Part shown: piece after piece, positions 27,901 to 39,900 of the stretch
Layout of the letters: each line of letters opens with the position of its first letter
Numbering within the stretch: position 1 is the first letter of the stretch
Origin: Antedon mediterranea
Taxonomy: Eukaryota; Animalia; Echinodermata
Assembly (NCBI RefSeq): GCF_964355755.1
Contig: NC_092671.1
Location: forward strand, 17,484,001-17,548,000
DNA: 64,000 nt
Direction: 5' to 3'
Translations under genes and position numbers: made by a program
Notes under the pieces: generated by a model
What the model saw: only the letters and a program-made list of their open reading frames with translations
Database searches by the model: none
What the model was told of the DNA's origin: nothing

Positions 27901-30900
27901 ACTACACAAACCAACAGTGGTGTTGGTAGTCTATGAGTGCCGCTTACCTGGATAAACGCCCTCCCTACCGTCCCCTCAGGCAGGTGGTCTTGAGAAATGA
28001 TGACGATGATAAGTGGGTGTGTCTCACTTGAGGGCGTACTGGTGGCGGACTGATCCATTATCCGACGGGGGTGGGGAAAAATTAATGTTATTAATGTTCT
28101 TCTTTTCGTAATGTTTACCTCTCGTCGGAGAGAGAGGCTTATGTTGGTTTATCCAGGTAAGCGGCACTCATAGACTACCAACACCACTGTTGGTTTGTGT
28201 AATTCGGTAAATTGCGCCTTACTTTTAGAATTTTTACTCGATGGTATATAAAGTTGGTTCGTACTTTCGGTACTGATTTTAACCACCTGAAGTAACCCTG
28301 TTTACTAATTAAATTAAGTTAGATAATTAGTTATTGACGATTAAAACGAATTTAGGTTCAACGATTTTCCCCAAATAGGGGTGTTTTCCGATCGTGGTAT
28401 ACACTGTCTAATGGATGTCAATCTTGAAAAATACCCGCCACAAAAATTCGAGGAGGCTTCGCATTTTCCTATCTCCTCCTACGATAATTGTTTTTAATAG
28501 CTGAAAACCGGTTGAACAGCTCGAGTACAGTATCATGATGTTGAAGACAGGCCGATTTTCTTTAAAAAAATACTATTTTGATAGATTTAATATACGTTTA
28601 TACAAATGTATTGATTTGCGATGAATGGAACATTCCAATCTCTGTGTCGTTCCACAAGTGTCTATTCCCTCAGGCGTCGTAAAGGAAAGTACTGTACTGT
28701 ATACTCATAACAGAAATTCGATCCATTTTTTTTTTCAATCTGTGCTGCAGAGGTTGGATATAATTTTTTTTAAACGGATAATGAGCTGGTGCTAGCGTTT
28801 TCAGTCGCCGTATATTATGTACAAATCTTTATTATTGCAGTTAAACCACCCATATCATCACCCTTCCCTCACTGGCATGAGTAGCGTTGTAAAGCCATAG
28901 TAGAGCCTGATAGGCCTACGGTGCATCATATGCCCTAAACGCAACAACTTTGGTGGGTAGGGTAGGAACCAACTTAAGTATGAATTGGCTCTAAGAAACA
29001 ATTGAAAACCAACAATTGGTCTCATTTTGTGACAAGTTTCTCTTTCGGAAGTAATTCCCAGGGTGCTAATTTTAGTTGAGTACATAAATCAGTGTCTATT
29101 TATTCGTTTCTGTAAACGACATGTATTATTGTACGTACATTTGAAATTGTCAGTTTTTTAACGCTGAAATTATTATGTATTCGAGAACCATCTGTGGGCA
29201 CGACCTAGATGGTACGCGAGCGAAGCGAGCGTACCATCTAGTTTATTCAATTTATAATAGGTTTTGTTTTTAATGTTTATGTTATACTTTTGAAAAGTAA
29301 GATTGGTCAGGTGTAAATAATTAAAAATATTGCTGCAGTACAGTAGTCACTTTTGAGAATGCCAATGCAAAAAAAGACAAATTGATAACATCGCTATTAA
29401 TACAGATTTTTCTCAATTTTGGGATTCCAGATCAATTTGCTTTTTTTTTGTAGATATAGAGATCCCTATTCAGGGGACACCCTATTAAGAGCACAATTTG
29501 TTGGGTCCTGAAGGTGTCCCTTTAATAGGTTTTTAACTGTATATTTTGATAAAATGTAAGCATTATAGTTTAGGAATACTGCAGAACCCCTAATAATAGG
29601 ATCATGGGACTCCAAGAGGGACACCTTAAAAGTTGTTTCTAATGAACAGTAGTTATGTTGTTGTTTGAACATATTTGGCACTTGTTTCAGAAGAAAGTGT
29701 CCTTAATAGGATTCCCAAAATGGAGGGATTGCACTGTAACATATTTTGCCACATGGATACAGTACCTAAGTTTTAACAGGTTAATTTCTAATGTAGAAAA
29801 TAAGTGTAAATGGTCATGGTTTTTATTTGTATGGATCAAGATAAAGGAAGCCTCTAGTTTAGGCCTCCTACCTAGACTCAGAAAATAAACCGAGAGCAAA
29901 ACTAATATAGCCACATACAGTTATCTGCATCTCTGCCTGAACACAAAAAAAACCCTGCTGATATTAGGAAAGATTATTTCATGTTAATACATTAACAACT
30001 CTTTATAACTCTCATAAGTGTTGAGAAACAAAGTCATTCAATTATGAAGTTAAAAAAAAGAAACCATTAAACTTGTCACTCTCTACAATGTCATGATAAT
30101 AATCTCTAATCTCTGAGTAATTCCTCAGGGTTTCTTTTTAATTAAAGATTTTATTTTTATATTTTCGCAGATCTCAACTAGATAGTATACCATTATCAAC
30201 TTTACCAAGCAATCTTCTACAAGTAATAAGGGACAAGTTAGAACAAAGTCAAAGTTTACTTGTTGAAAACCTGAAAGATGACACGTTACAGTTTGTGCTA
30301 GATATGGTCAAAGTATTAATTGTACTATGCAGGTATAAAATATGAATATAGACAGTTTACATGGTATAATATAATAGAAATCCTATTAATTGGACACCTT
30401 TGGGACACAAAAAAGTGTCCTCTGAACAGGATTTTGAAAAAAATGGTGAAACGAAAGGCTGAATTTGATGTCCTACCTTGGCCTCCTCCTGGATCTGCCC
30501 TTGCTCTCATTCATTTCATGGAAAAGTAATGGGGGTGTCCCCCTGAATAGGTTGTTACCCAAAGCAGAGGATATAAAATTATAATTTAATATACTATAAA
30601 ATAGAATGTGTTAACAATAGGAAGAAGATATAATATGCAAAACAGTTGCACACCATTGACACAACCTCATGATTTCTAAAATCAGATTTTAACATTCTTA
30701 AAAAAAAAATAATATACTTATATAATCAACTGTGGAGTAGCTGAGACGTATTGTCATGTTAATTTTAATTATACTGTAGTTATGTACTGTACATAGCAAC
30801 CCCAATCGCACTATGGTTCTTGTAGTTAAATTACACATGTTCTAATATTGTAACCACATTGCCACCAATTAATATTATTTGTCACATATTAATTCCACAT

Positions 30901-33900
30901 TGTTGCCAATTAGTGTTGTTACATGTTGATCCCACATTTTCAGATGTTGCTACTGTTTTGTGACTCCGTGAGCAGTTAAAAATAGCATAAATATTATAAA
31001 TTATAAACCAAGTTATAATGTGAATAATCTAGTGTACAGTGTTGTAGACTGGTCCAGACTTTCTTATTTTGATAATTTTTTTTTCCCTTCAGAAATCATG
31101 ACAATATTGCTTTGATTGCATCGTGTGAGTTTTTCCGCCAGATAATTCCAATCGCTTCAGCTGTTTTAAAGAAGGTACATTTTATAAGTATTTATGTACA
31201 TTTTCATTTTCAAATTTAGTGTAACTTAATTTAGGAGTAACAGCGGTATTAATAGTAAAAAAGTTGTTCCCTAAATAAAGGGTTCTACTGTAGTATTATA
31301 CAGATATTGACTGCTTAGAGGTTAAATATAACATTTGACATCCCTGAGGGAATGATATTTTGTTCGAGGGAATATATATTTCCCGAGAACATAATATCAT
31401 TCCCGAGTGTATGTCAAATCTTATATTTTAACAATATAAAAGGCGATATCTGTTAGCCAACAAGTTAAAATAAGGTGAATGCAACGCCTAACTAGGTAGG
31501 CTTATTACATAAAGGAGGCCTAGCTACCGACCCAGTAGATATTCTACTTGTTGTTGGGTATATGATATAACAGATATCGCCTTTTATATCGGTAAAATAT
31601 AAGATTTGACATCCCCTTGGGGAATTATATTTTGCTCTCTGGAATATATTCCCCTCTCAGCACTTGGCGCTTAGGGAAATATATTCCCTCGAGCAAATAT
31701 CATTCCCTCGGGGATGTCAAATGTTATATTTCACCTCTAAGCAGGCAATATCTGTATAATATTGTATTTTATATTGTATAGTTAGTATGTCTCTTTATAT
31801 ATTTTATTTTATTATATTTTATTTTATTCAGTTGTCGACCAACAGCGATGAAATCGCCACTAACAGGTTGAATCTAAACATAATAAATAAAATGTATTCA
31901 TAAAAACAACACAAACATAAACAAAGATAACAACATTAAAGAGATTTAATTGTACCATTGTAGGTCTAATCAATGATGACAGTGATGAGTCTAATTATCG
32001 CAACCAAGTTAAACGAGTTGTAGACTGGTGTAACGAAAACAATCTGTTCTTGAATGTATCTAAGACTAAAGAAATGGTTGTTGATTTCCGTAAATCACTT
32101 AATGTCAAATATCCAATATTTATTAATGGTATATCAGTTGAGTTTGTAGAAGAATTTAAATTCTTGGGTATTTATATTTCAAATGATCTGAAGTGGCATA
32201 TTAACACACGTAACATTATTAGAAAGGCCCAAAGAAGAATCTACTTCCTACGTAGACTTAAATCATTTGGTATAAACTCTGTAATAATGTCGTCCTTCTA
32301 TAGGTCAGTTATAGAGAGTGTAATAACGTATTCTTTAACGGTATGGTTCGGTAGCGCTACCGAAAATGAAAAGCGTGACCTAAATAGAATAGTCAAGACC
32401 GCATCGCGTATAATTGGATCTACACAACTGCCTTTGGAGAACATATTTTCGGATCGTCTTCTGAAAAAGGCAGTGGCTATCAAAGATGATCATTTTCATC
32501 CGGCCTCTAGTATGTTCCAGTTGATGCGCAGCGGTCGGCGATTTCGTTCTATTAAGGCCAATAAGGCACGATTTACAAATAGTTTCTTTCCAGGATCTAT
32601 TAGAGCCTTAAATATGATGTAGACTTTTTTTTGTAATGTTCTTGTTTTTTGAGTTCGTGTTGTGTCCGTTGGATATTGTGCTCCGCCAACAGAGCAAACA
32701 GAATTTCTATGTTTTTCCTAAAACAAATGATAATAAATGATACTTGACTTGACTTAACAATTTTACCCTTAAATACATTTAAACTATCATAAAATAAATC
32801 AATATCCAAACAAGTAACAAGTAACCTATTAAATGTGTTAGGTAACCGCTGAAAGATACCTCGTTTTGTGCATTCAACACGACCACAAGGAACGTGAAGC
32901 AAACACTTGCTGCGAGTACGAGTTGGAATATTCAACTTAAACAAAGCAACAAGAGGACAATCATAAACGGAATTGAATGAGTTGTATAAAAATACCATAT
33001 CAAAAACAACTCTACGATTTTACGATTTTGTCAAAGGCCCCTGGATTTATTTTAAAGAAAGCCCCTGGATATTAGTTGGGTTCTGCTGAAAGGCAAAAAT
33101 GAATAGTCTTTTTTATTCTTGATAATTGAATTATGTTGGTAAAGATTTTCTGATTGTTTATGTCTTGAATATTATAACAGATACCTGAATTTGACTGTGA
33201 TACATCTAAAGAAAAGTACATGGATTTAGTTAAGCATACATTACATCTAGGCGAATGTATGATCACTTTCACACATGGAGGAAATCTCTTCCTTTTTTAT
33301 TCTTGATAATTAAATTATGTTGGTAATGATTTTCTGATTGCTTATGTCTTGAATATTATAACAGATACCTGAATTTGACTGTGATACATCTAAAGAAAAG
33401 TACATGGATTTAGTTAAGCATACATTACATCTAGGCGAATGCATGTATGATCCTTTTCACACATGGAGGAAATCTCTTGTAGGGTAAGTAGAAATTTTAA
33501 ATCTGATTTCACACTATCAAACTAGTAATATGGCCAAATATTGTAGTGATATGCCCAAATATTTTTTTTATTTTTTTATTTTTCATTTTCATCATCACCC
33601 TACAGTGACCAAACGTCACCATTAACAGGGTTGAAAGTCGCAAAATATAACATATTATATACAAGCAAAAATCAACAGATAACAAGACAACATTTAAATA
33701 TTACTGACATTAGACAAAACCTTGTGACGGAAACAAGCAAGGGAATCTAAAAATATCAACAGATCCATCAATTTTACATAGTGAGTGGTATAACTTAGGC
33801 AAACGATTAACAAAACCATTTTTAGTAATATTTACCCTCCCTCTTGATATAGAAAATAATTGATTTTGTGGAACAGAAATAGGAAAGTACACTTCAAAAC

Positions 33901-36900
33901 TACCATGAAAAATTGAGTTCACAGCTTAAAAAGAAAAATTAAATCAAATAGCTTACGCCTATCCGCTAAATTAATAAGAACGTCTTTGCTAATAGAACCA
34001 AATTTACGCACATAAAATTGACAAAACTTGTTCTGTACACTTTGTAATCTAGAAGACTGGGCAAGAGAAATAGAGTTAAAAATAACACTGCAGAATTCAA
34101 GATTCGACCTAACTAAAGATTTGTATAAAATAACTAATGCCTTTTTATCGTTAATATGTCTGCAATGTCTCCAAAGAAAACCCAAAAGTCTATTGCATTT
34201 AGAGACTATAAAATCAATATGTTTACAGAAGGTTAATGATCTATCTAAAAAAATACCAAGGTCTTTGTGAACAGACACTCTTTCAAGTATAATATTCTTA
34301 ATATAAAAGTCAAAATAGATGGGTTTTTTCTTAAGAGTAAAAGACATTGATTTGCATTTAGAGGCATTGACTGACATATTCCAAGTGAATGAGTCTGTCA
34401 ACCTCTTCTTGTAACAACAACATATCATTTAAAGTTTGTATAGACTTAAATAATTTAATATCGTCAGCAAACATAAGAACATTAGAATGACGAGGAACAA
34501 AGGAAAAATCGTTGATAAACATAATGAAAAAAAGAGGCCCCAAAATAGACCCCTGAGGCACGCCAGATAAAACTGGAAGCCATTCAGACGCATTACCATC
34601 AAAAGTGACTCTGAAACCTGTCCGATAAATAACTTGTAAAAAATAAAATTAAATCGTGATTTAGACCAAATTGTTGAAGTTTGAACAAGAGCAACTTATG
34701 GGAGACCCTGTCAAAGGCTTTAGCCATGTCTGTATATACAACTTTGCATTGTCCTTTTGCATGTGACAACAGAACAGACAAATTTGTTTCACAAGACCTT
34801 CCTGGGTAAAATCCGTGTTGATGGTCACTAATAACTGGAGATATATGTTTAACAATTTGGTCGTGAACAATTTTTTCAAATACTTTAGAAACTGGTCTAT
34901 AATTGCGTACATCAGATTTAGAACCAGCTTTAAAGATAGGGCACACGTTAGCTTGCTTCCATTTTATCGGAAAACGTTTCTCAGAAATGCATCTTTCAAA
35001 TAAAATTTTACAAGGGAAAGAAAGAGGTTTGGCAGCTAAAGACAAAACAATATTACTTAGACCATCATTACCTGAAGCCTTATGAGAATCAATTTCATTA
35101 ATGTGCTTTTCTATAACCTCCTGATTAAACTCAAGTTTAGATAAGCAATCAATGGGATATTCAGGAAGATTAGGAATATCCAAATCGTTGTTAACAGGAC
35201 TAAAAACAGAATAAAAGTAAGTTTGCTTTGTCTTTTACAGTGTAAGCTGACTGATTATTAAAATGTAGTTCCGAAGGGATGTTATTATTATTTTTTCTTG
35301 AGGATTTTATCCAAGACCAAAAACGTTTCGGATTACAACTTAAATTAAAACATAATGAATTAACATAGGTTTGATACTTAAATCTACAAAGTCGTTTAAA
35401 ATTTGACCTAGCAAATCGAAAATTTTCAATATTTAACCTATTTGGATTACGTTTTTTTTCTCTAAAATATGATTCTTTAGATTTCAGAGCAGTGTAGAAC
35501 TCATTATCAAACCATGGTGGGAGTTTTCTCTTAGGTCTGAAAACAGGGACGAGATCTTTGATAGTAGCAAAAATAAAATCATAAAATAAATTAACTGCCT
35601 CATCAATGTCAACGGCAAGATCAAGTAAATGCCAAGGAATATGAGAAAGCATTTGTATAAAATCTAATTTGTTAAGTTTTTAAAAATTATATAACAATCG
35701 ATCGTCATCATTGATAAGGTGTTTGTTAAACTCTATAGGATATTTAAAATTTATTGCACAGTGATCAGAAGTGAAAATATCTTCACCGGATGAAACTTCG
35801 TGGCATATAGTATTGCACAAGACAAGATCAAGAGTGTGATCGGCACATGTCGGAAAATATACAAATTGATTAAAATTATTGCCCTGTAAAATATTATCTA
35901 TAAATTTGCCATTAGAGTTGTCGGGAGCTTCACATTCTACAATATTGCACTTATTATAACTATTCAAACGCCATTTTATCTCAGGTAGATTAAAATCTCC
36001 TAATAACATAACGTCATGATTGAAGCCCTGAAATTCATATTGCACATTGTTTATAGACTCACAGAGACGATCGATTTGAGATTTAGGTGCCGATGGGGGG
36101 CGATAATATATACCAATAATTAAACATTTTTTTCTAGACAGTTGAATTTTTACCCACATTAGTTCTTGACTTTCATCTTCAAACTGAATGAGACGACACG
36201 ACCTGTATTTGTTGTTAATTAAGAGTAAAACTCCACCGCCTCTCTTGTCCTCTTGCCGGTCCCTGCGATATAGATTAAAGCCATCTAAAGACAGTTCTCA
36301 ATCAATTAGTGTTATTTAACCAGGTTTCAGTTTTAATGCTACAACGTCTATGTATCTTGTGACATGTGACTAAACAATTCCGATTTATATGATTCCATTT
36401 TATTTTTTACACTACGAACGTTTTGGTAGTACACCTTTAAAGAGCTGCTTTTATTATTCGAATTAGTAGCATTCGGTCCAGGATTGACTTCTCCCCTCCA
36501 AGTACAACAGACCAAATACGTAGAGTACGAATTTGAATAGTATGACACAGCCCTGCCAAGGAATTTAAACTTCGATTTCTTTCGTACTTGTAAAGATGTA
36601 AGGCCAGTTTTGTTATTGCACATTTTGAATAATAAATAGATATCGGATGAAAATCGTCGTCAATGTAAACAACATCATTAAAATAGTAGAAAAAATATTG
36701 CACAAAGTTGTTCATAGAACGTTGTGTAAGTTCCATTTCGACTTGGTTCCACTTATGTGCATACTGACCTGGACAGCTGGTTATTGCACATTTTGAATAA
36801 TAAAATGGTATCGGATGAAAATTGTCGTCAAGAATAAATCGAATGTAGACTGCATCAGTAAAATAGTAGAAAAAATATTGCACAAAGTTGTTCATAGAAC

Positions 36901-39900
36901 GCTTTGTATATTCCATTTCAACTAGGCTCCATTTAACATTTGCATACTGACCTGGACAGCTGACTACACAGACCCCTTCACACACCGGTAATGCTATTCT
37001 TTGAAAGTGGCTCTGCCGGCCTAGGTTTATTGTGCTAAAATTCACGTATTTGAACAAAGATTGGTGAAAATTGTTGTCACAATTGCATCCATAACCACTC
37101 CAAAACACTTCGTGATCATCATTAAAGGCATAGTGATATGCCCAAATATGGTAGTGATATGACATCATCATGTCCATATATAGGCACATCACATCATACA
37201 TCATTTTTGTTAGTTTGATAGTGTACACAGAGCTTTAAAGATTAAAAAAAATAATAATGAATGATATTTGTACTTGCAATCATAAAATATTTTGATTGAA
37301 GTTTCTAACTATCAGTAGACTATTTAGGGGACCATTTCCTATGAAACGAACGAGGGGAAACCTATTATGTTTTAACATTATGGCCAACCTGTATTTAGAG
37401 GACACCTCTATTAAGGAGGAGTGGAGCTGTGGCTTGGTGGTTATGATGCTTGGCAACCAATCTTAGGGTCCTGGGTTTAAGTCCTGTCATATGTCAGGGT
37501 TTTTTTCTCATGACAATTTACAACTCCACTCCCAAAGACTTAATAATAAGTCTTTGTTTATGTAGAGCATCTTGTGTATATATTTGTCTTGTGAAATTAT
37601 TAAATAGTTTATCCATCCTGTAATTGGCGGGTTACTCGCTGTTGGATGAGAATAAAAAAAAAAAAAAAAAAAGGAGACACTTTCATGTTAAGTGAATAAG
37701 GGGACATATATATTTTAACACTAAGGCTAATCCTTATTTCGTAGACAATTCTGTTAAAGGGACAATTTGTTGGGTCCTGAGGGTGTCCTCTTAATATTGG
37801 TTCAACTGTATTTTTATATTTATCCTGGTAAGTAATAATCAGAGACTACCGACACCACTTTAAAATCATATAGGAAATGGGTATTTAAAAAAAATAGTTG
37901 TTTATAAGAATGTACTAGTAGTTTAAAACTTTCCATTTCTATTTTTCTTATAAGCAGCTTTTACACCAAAGGAAATGGGAAGGTCCGCTCTTAAATACTA
38001 TGTACACAATGACGCATACAGTTACTACTGTATAGTATGCTTTAAGATATCAAAGCATCCCACGCAATGCGTAATTTCTAATTTTAAGTGTTATCTATAA
38101 AATGCAGATAAATATAAGATGTGGCTGTAATAGTTTCATTCTTTTAAATCTTATCTTTTTGGTTAAAATCCAAATAAATCACATGATTTAAATTTGTTTT
38201 TTACTATCATGTATTCTTCAGTTTTAGTTTAAAAGTTTGTTTGAAAAGTAATTTTTTAAATCAGTAATAGAATTTTATTTATGACCTCAAACACAATATT
38301 AGGTCATTTATTTTTACTGTTTTACACATCTTTATTGCACCTTAATGATACAAAGTTTGATGATTATCTGATAGCCATCTGCGTTACTAGTAGTTCAATA
38401 TCCTACTGTACTTAAAGTGAAAGTTGCTATTAATTAGGTTTCTATGAAATCTTAGTTTGTATAACGCACAATTAACACATGATTGTACGTAATGGCTTTA
38501 TCATCATATTATTATCACTTCCATGACTGATATTTTAACTACAAATTTTCTTAATATATTGATTTATTGAAATCTTTGAAACCTGATGAAAACATTATTT
38601 TTAATATTATTTGAAAAAAAGAGATAAAACTAAATACAGTATTATACTCCATTATTTATTTACTTCCAGACACAAAATGGATCAACGCCAGTTACACTAT
38701 CAGCCAGGGTTTCTTTCTGTTGAATTTGTGCCATTTTTCTATGGTTAGTATATTGATTTTATACAAGGTACTTTTGTCACTTTGAGTGAATTGAATTTCA
38801 AATTTCAATAACATCATCTCGACTTCACGTCTTTTGTGTGCAATTAATAACTGATGCTTTTACACTGTAACAAAATGTGAATCTCAATTGGACATTTCTA
38901 AGTAGTGGAGCCGTAGCTTGGTGGTTAACATGCTTGGCCTCCAATCCCAAGGTCCAGGGTTGTACATCAAGACTCTTTCAACTCCACTAAATATTCCCAA
39001 AGCATACTTTATTTGTTTCTCTATATTTTAACTGGCCGCTTACTAAATCTTATAGTCAGCTCCGTCCACATATTTCCTTTATATCTTCAATACAATCCAC
39101 ACGCGCTAGCTACACAATCATCGCATCGCGTGTGTGGATTGTATTGAAGATATGGAGGAAACAGACATGCGCAGTTTAGCCAGTCTATAGTTCGAGGGCA
39201 TGGCAATAACTATAGATGCCGACGTGAATTGAAAGGTGCCAGTATATAATAATAAACATTGTAACATTAATACAGTGAGAGAAAATATATCAATAATGTA
39301 ACCCAACATTATTAAACCTAAATGATCCGATATATTTAAGTAAACTAAATAAATGCCACCTGTTGTTTACAGATTGTTTTCAAGAAGAAAATAGTCATCT
39401 ACCAGAAGACATACAAGTTCATCTCTTTCATATATATGGGGCAATACTTTGTGGTAGCACTGTAAGTGTATTTGTTAAACATGAATGTATCATGACACCT
39501 ATTAAGACATTTTGATTGTTAATTCATTGTTCTATATTATTCATATATTATAATGACCCACAATGATCTTTAAATGTCGACATCGCATTAGGAAGCATAG
39601 TTTTTCATTTTTTGATCAGTTTGAAGGAAACTGTTTGAACACACTGATATTGAATACAAGAGCTTGTTACTTTACAATTACTTAGCATATAATGTATATT
39701 TTATACTAAAAGCGTTTCTTATTGACTATAAAATATACTGATTAATGGAAACTTATTTTGTTTTCTCTAGGAAAATGCTCTGAAAGTGGTATCACCTGCA
39801 ACCGTGGATCTTATCTTTCATCAATTGTTACCTGAAAAAAGCCAATCATTAGCTAGCCCTCATGTATTGAAAGACAACTTATCTCTCTATGATCTTATTT

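Larger units (their letters stand above)
22838..28200 (+). mobile_element. Full-length DIRS1-type tyrosine-recombinase retrotransposon in NBEAL intron 2
   Basis: 170-bp inverted terminal repeats (22854-23023 and 27993-28162), identical by eye. An internal complementary region (27860-27957) is complementary to both ends. gag, RT/RNaseH/MT and YR ORFs are intact. GC-rich relative to the host. Confidence 0.97.
22810..29241 (+). mobile_element. Non-autonomous Helitron (~1.07 kb), split by the DIRS insertion
   Basis: 5' end A|TCTATATATAA; 3' hairpin CTAGATGGTACGC...GCGTACCATCTAG ending in CTAG|T; inserted at an AT dinucleotide with no TSD; second copy at 14040-14486. Confidence 0.8.

Noticed and set aside
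36437-37228. 263-aa ORF as an independent gene
   Set aside because: It starts within a MITE and runs through the LINE's duplicated leader, so it is a chimeric frame.
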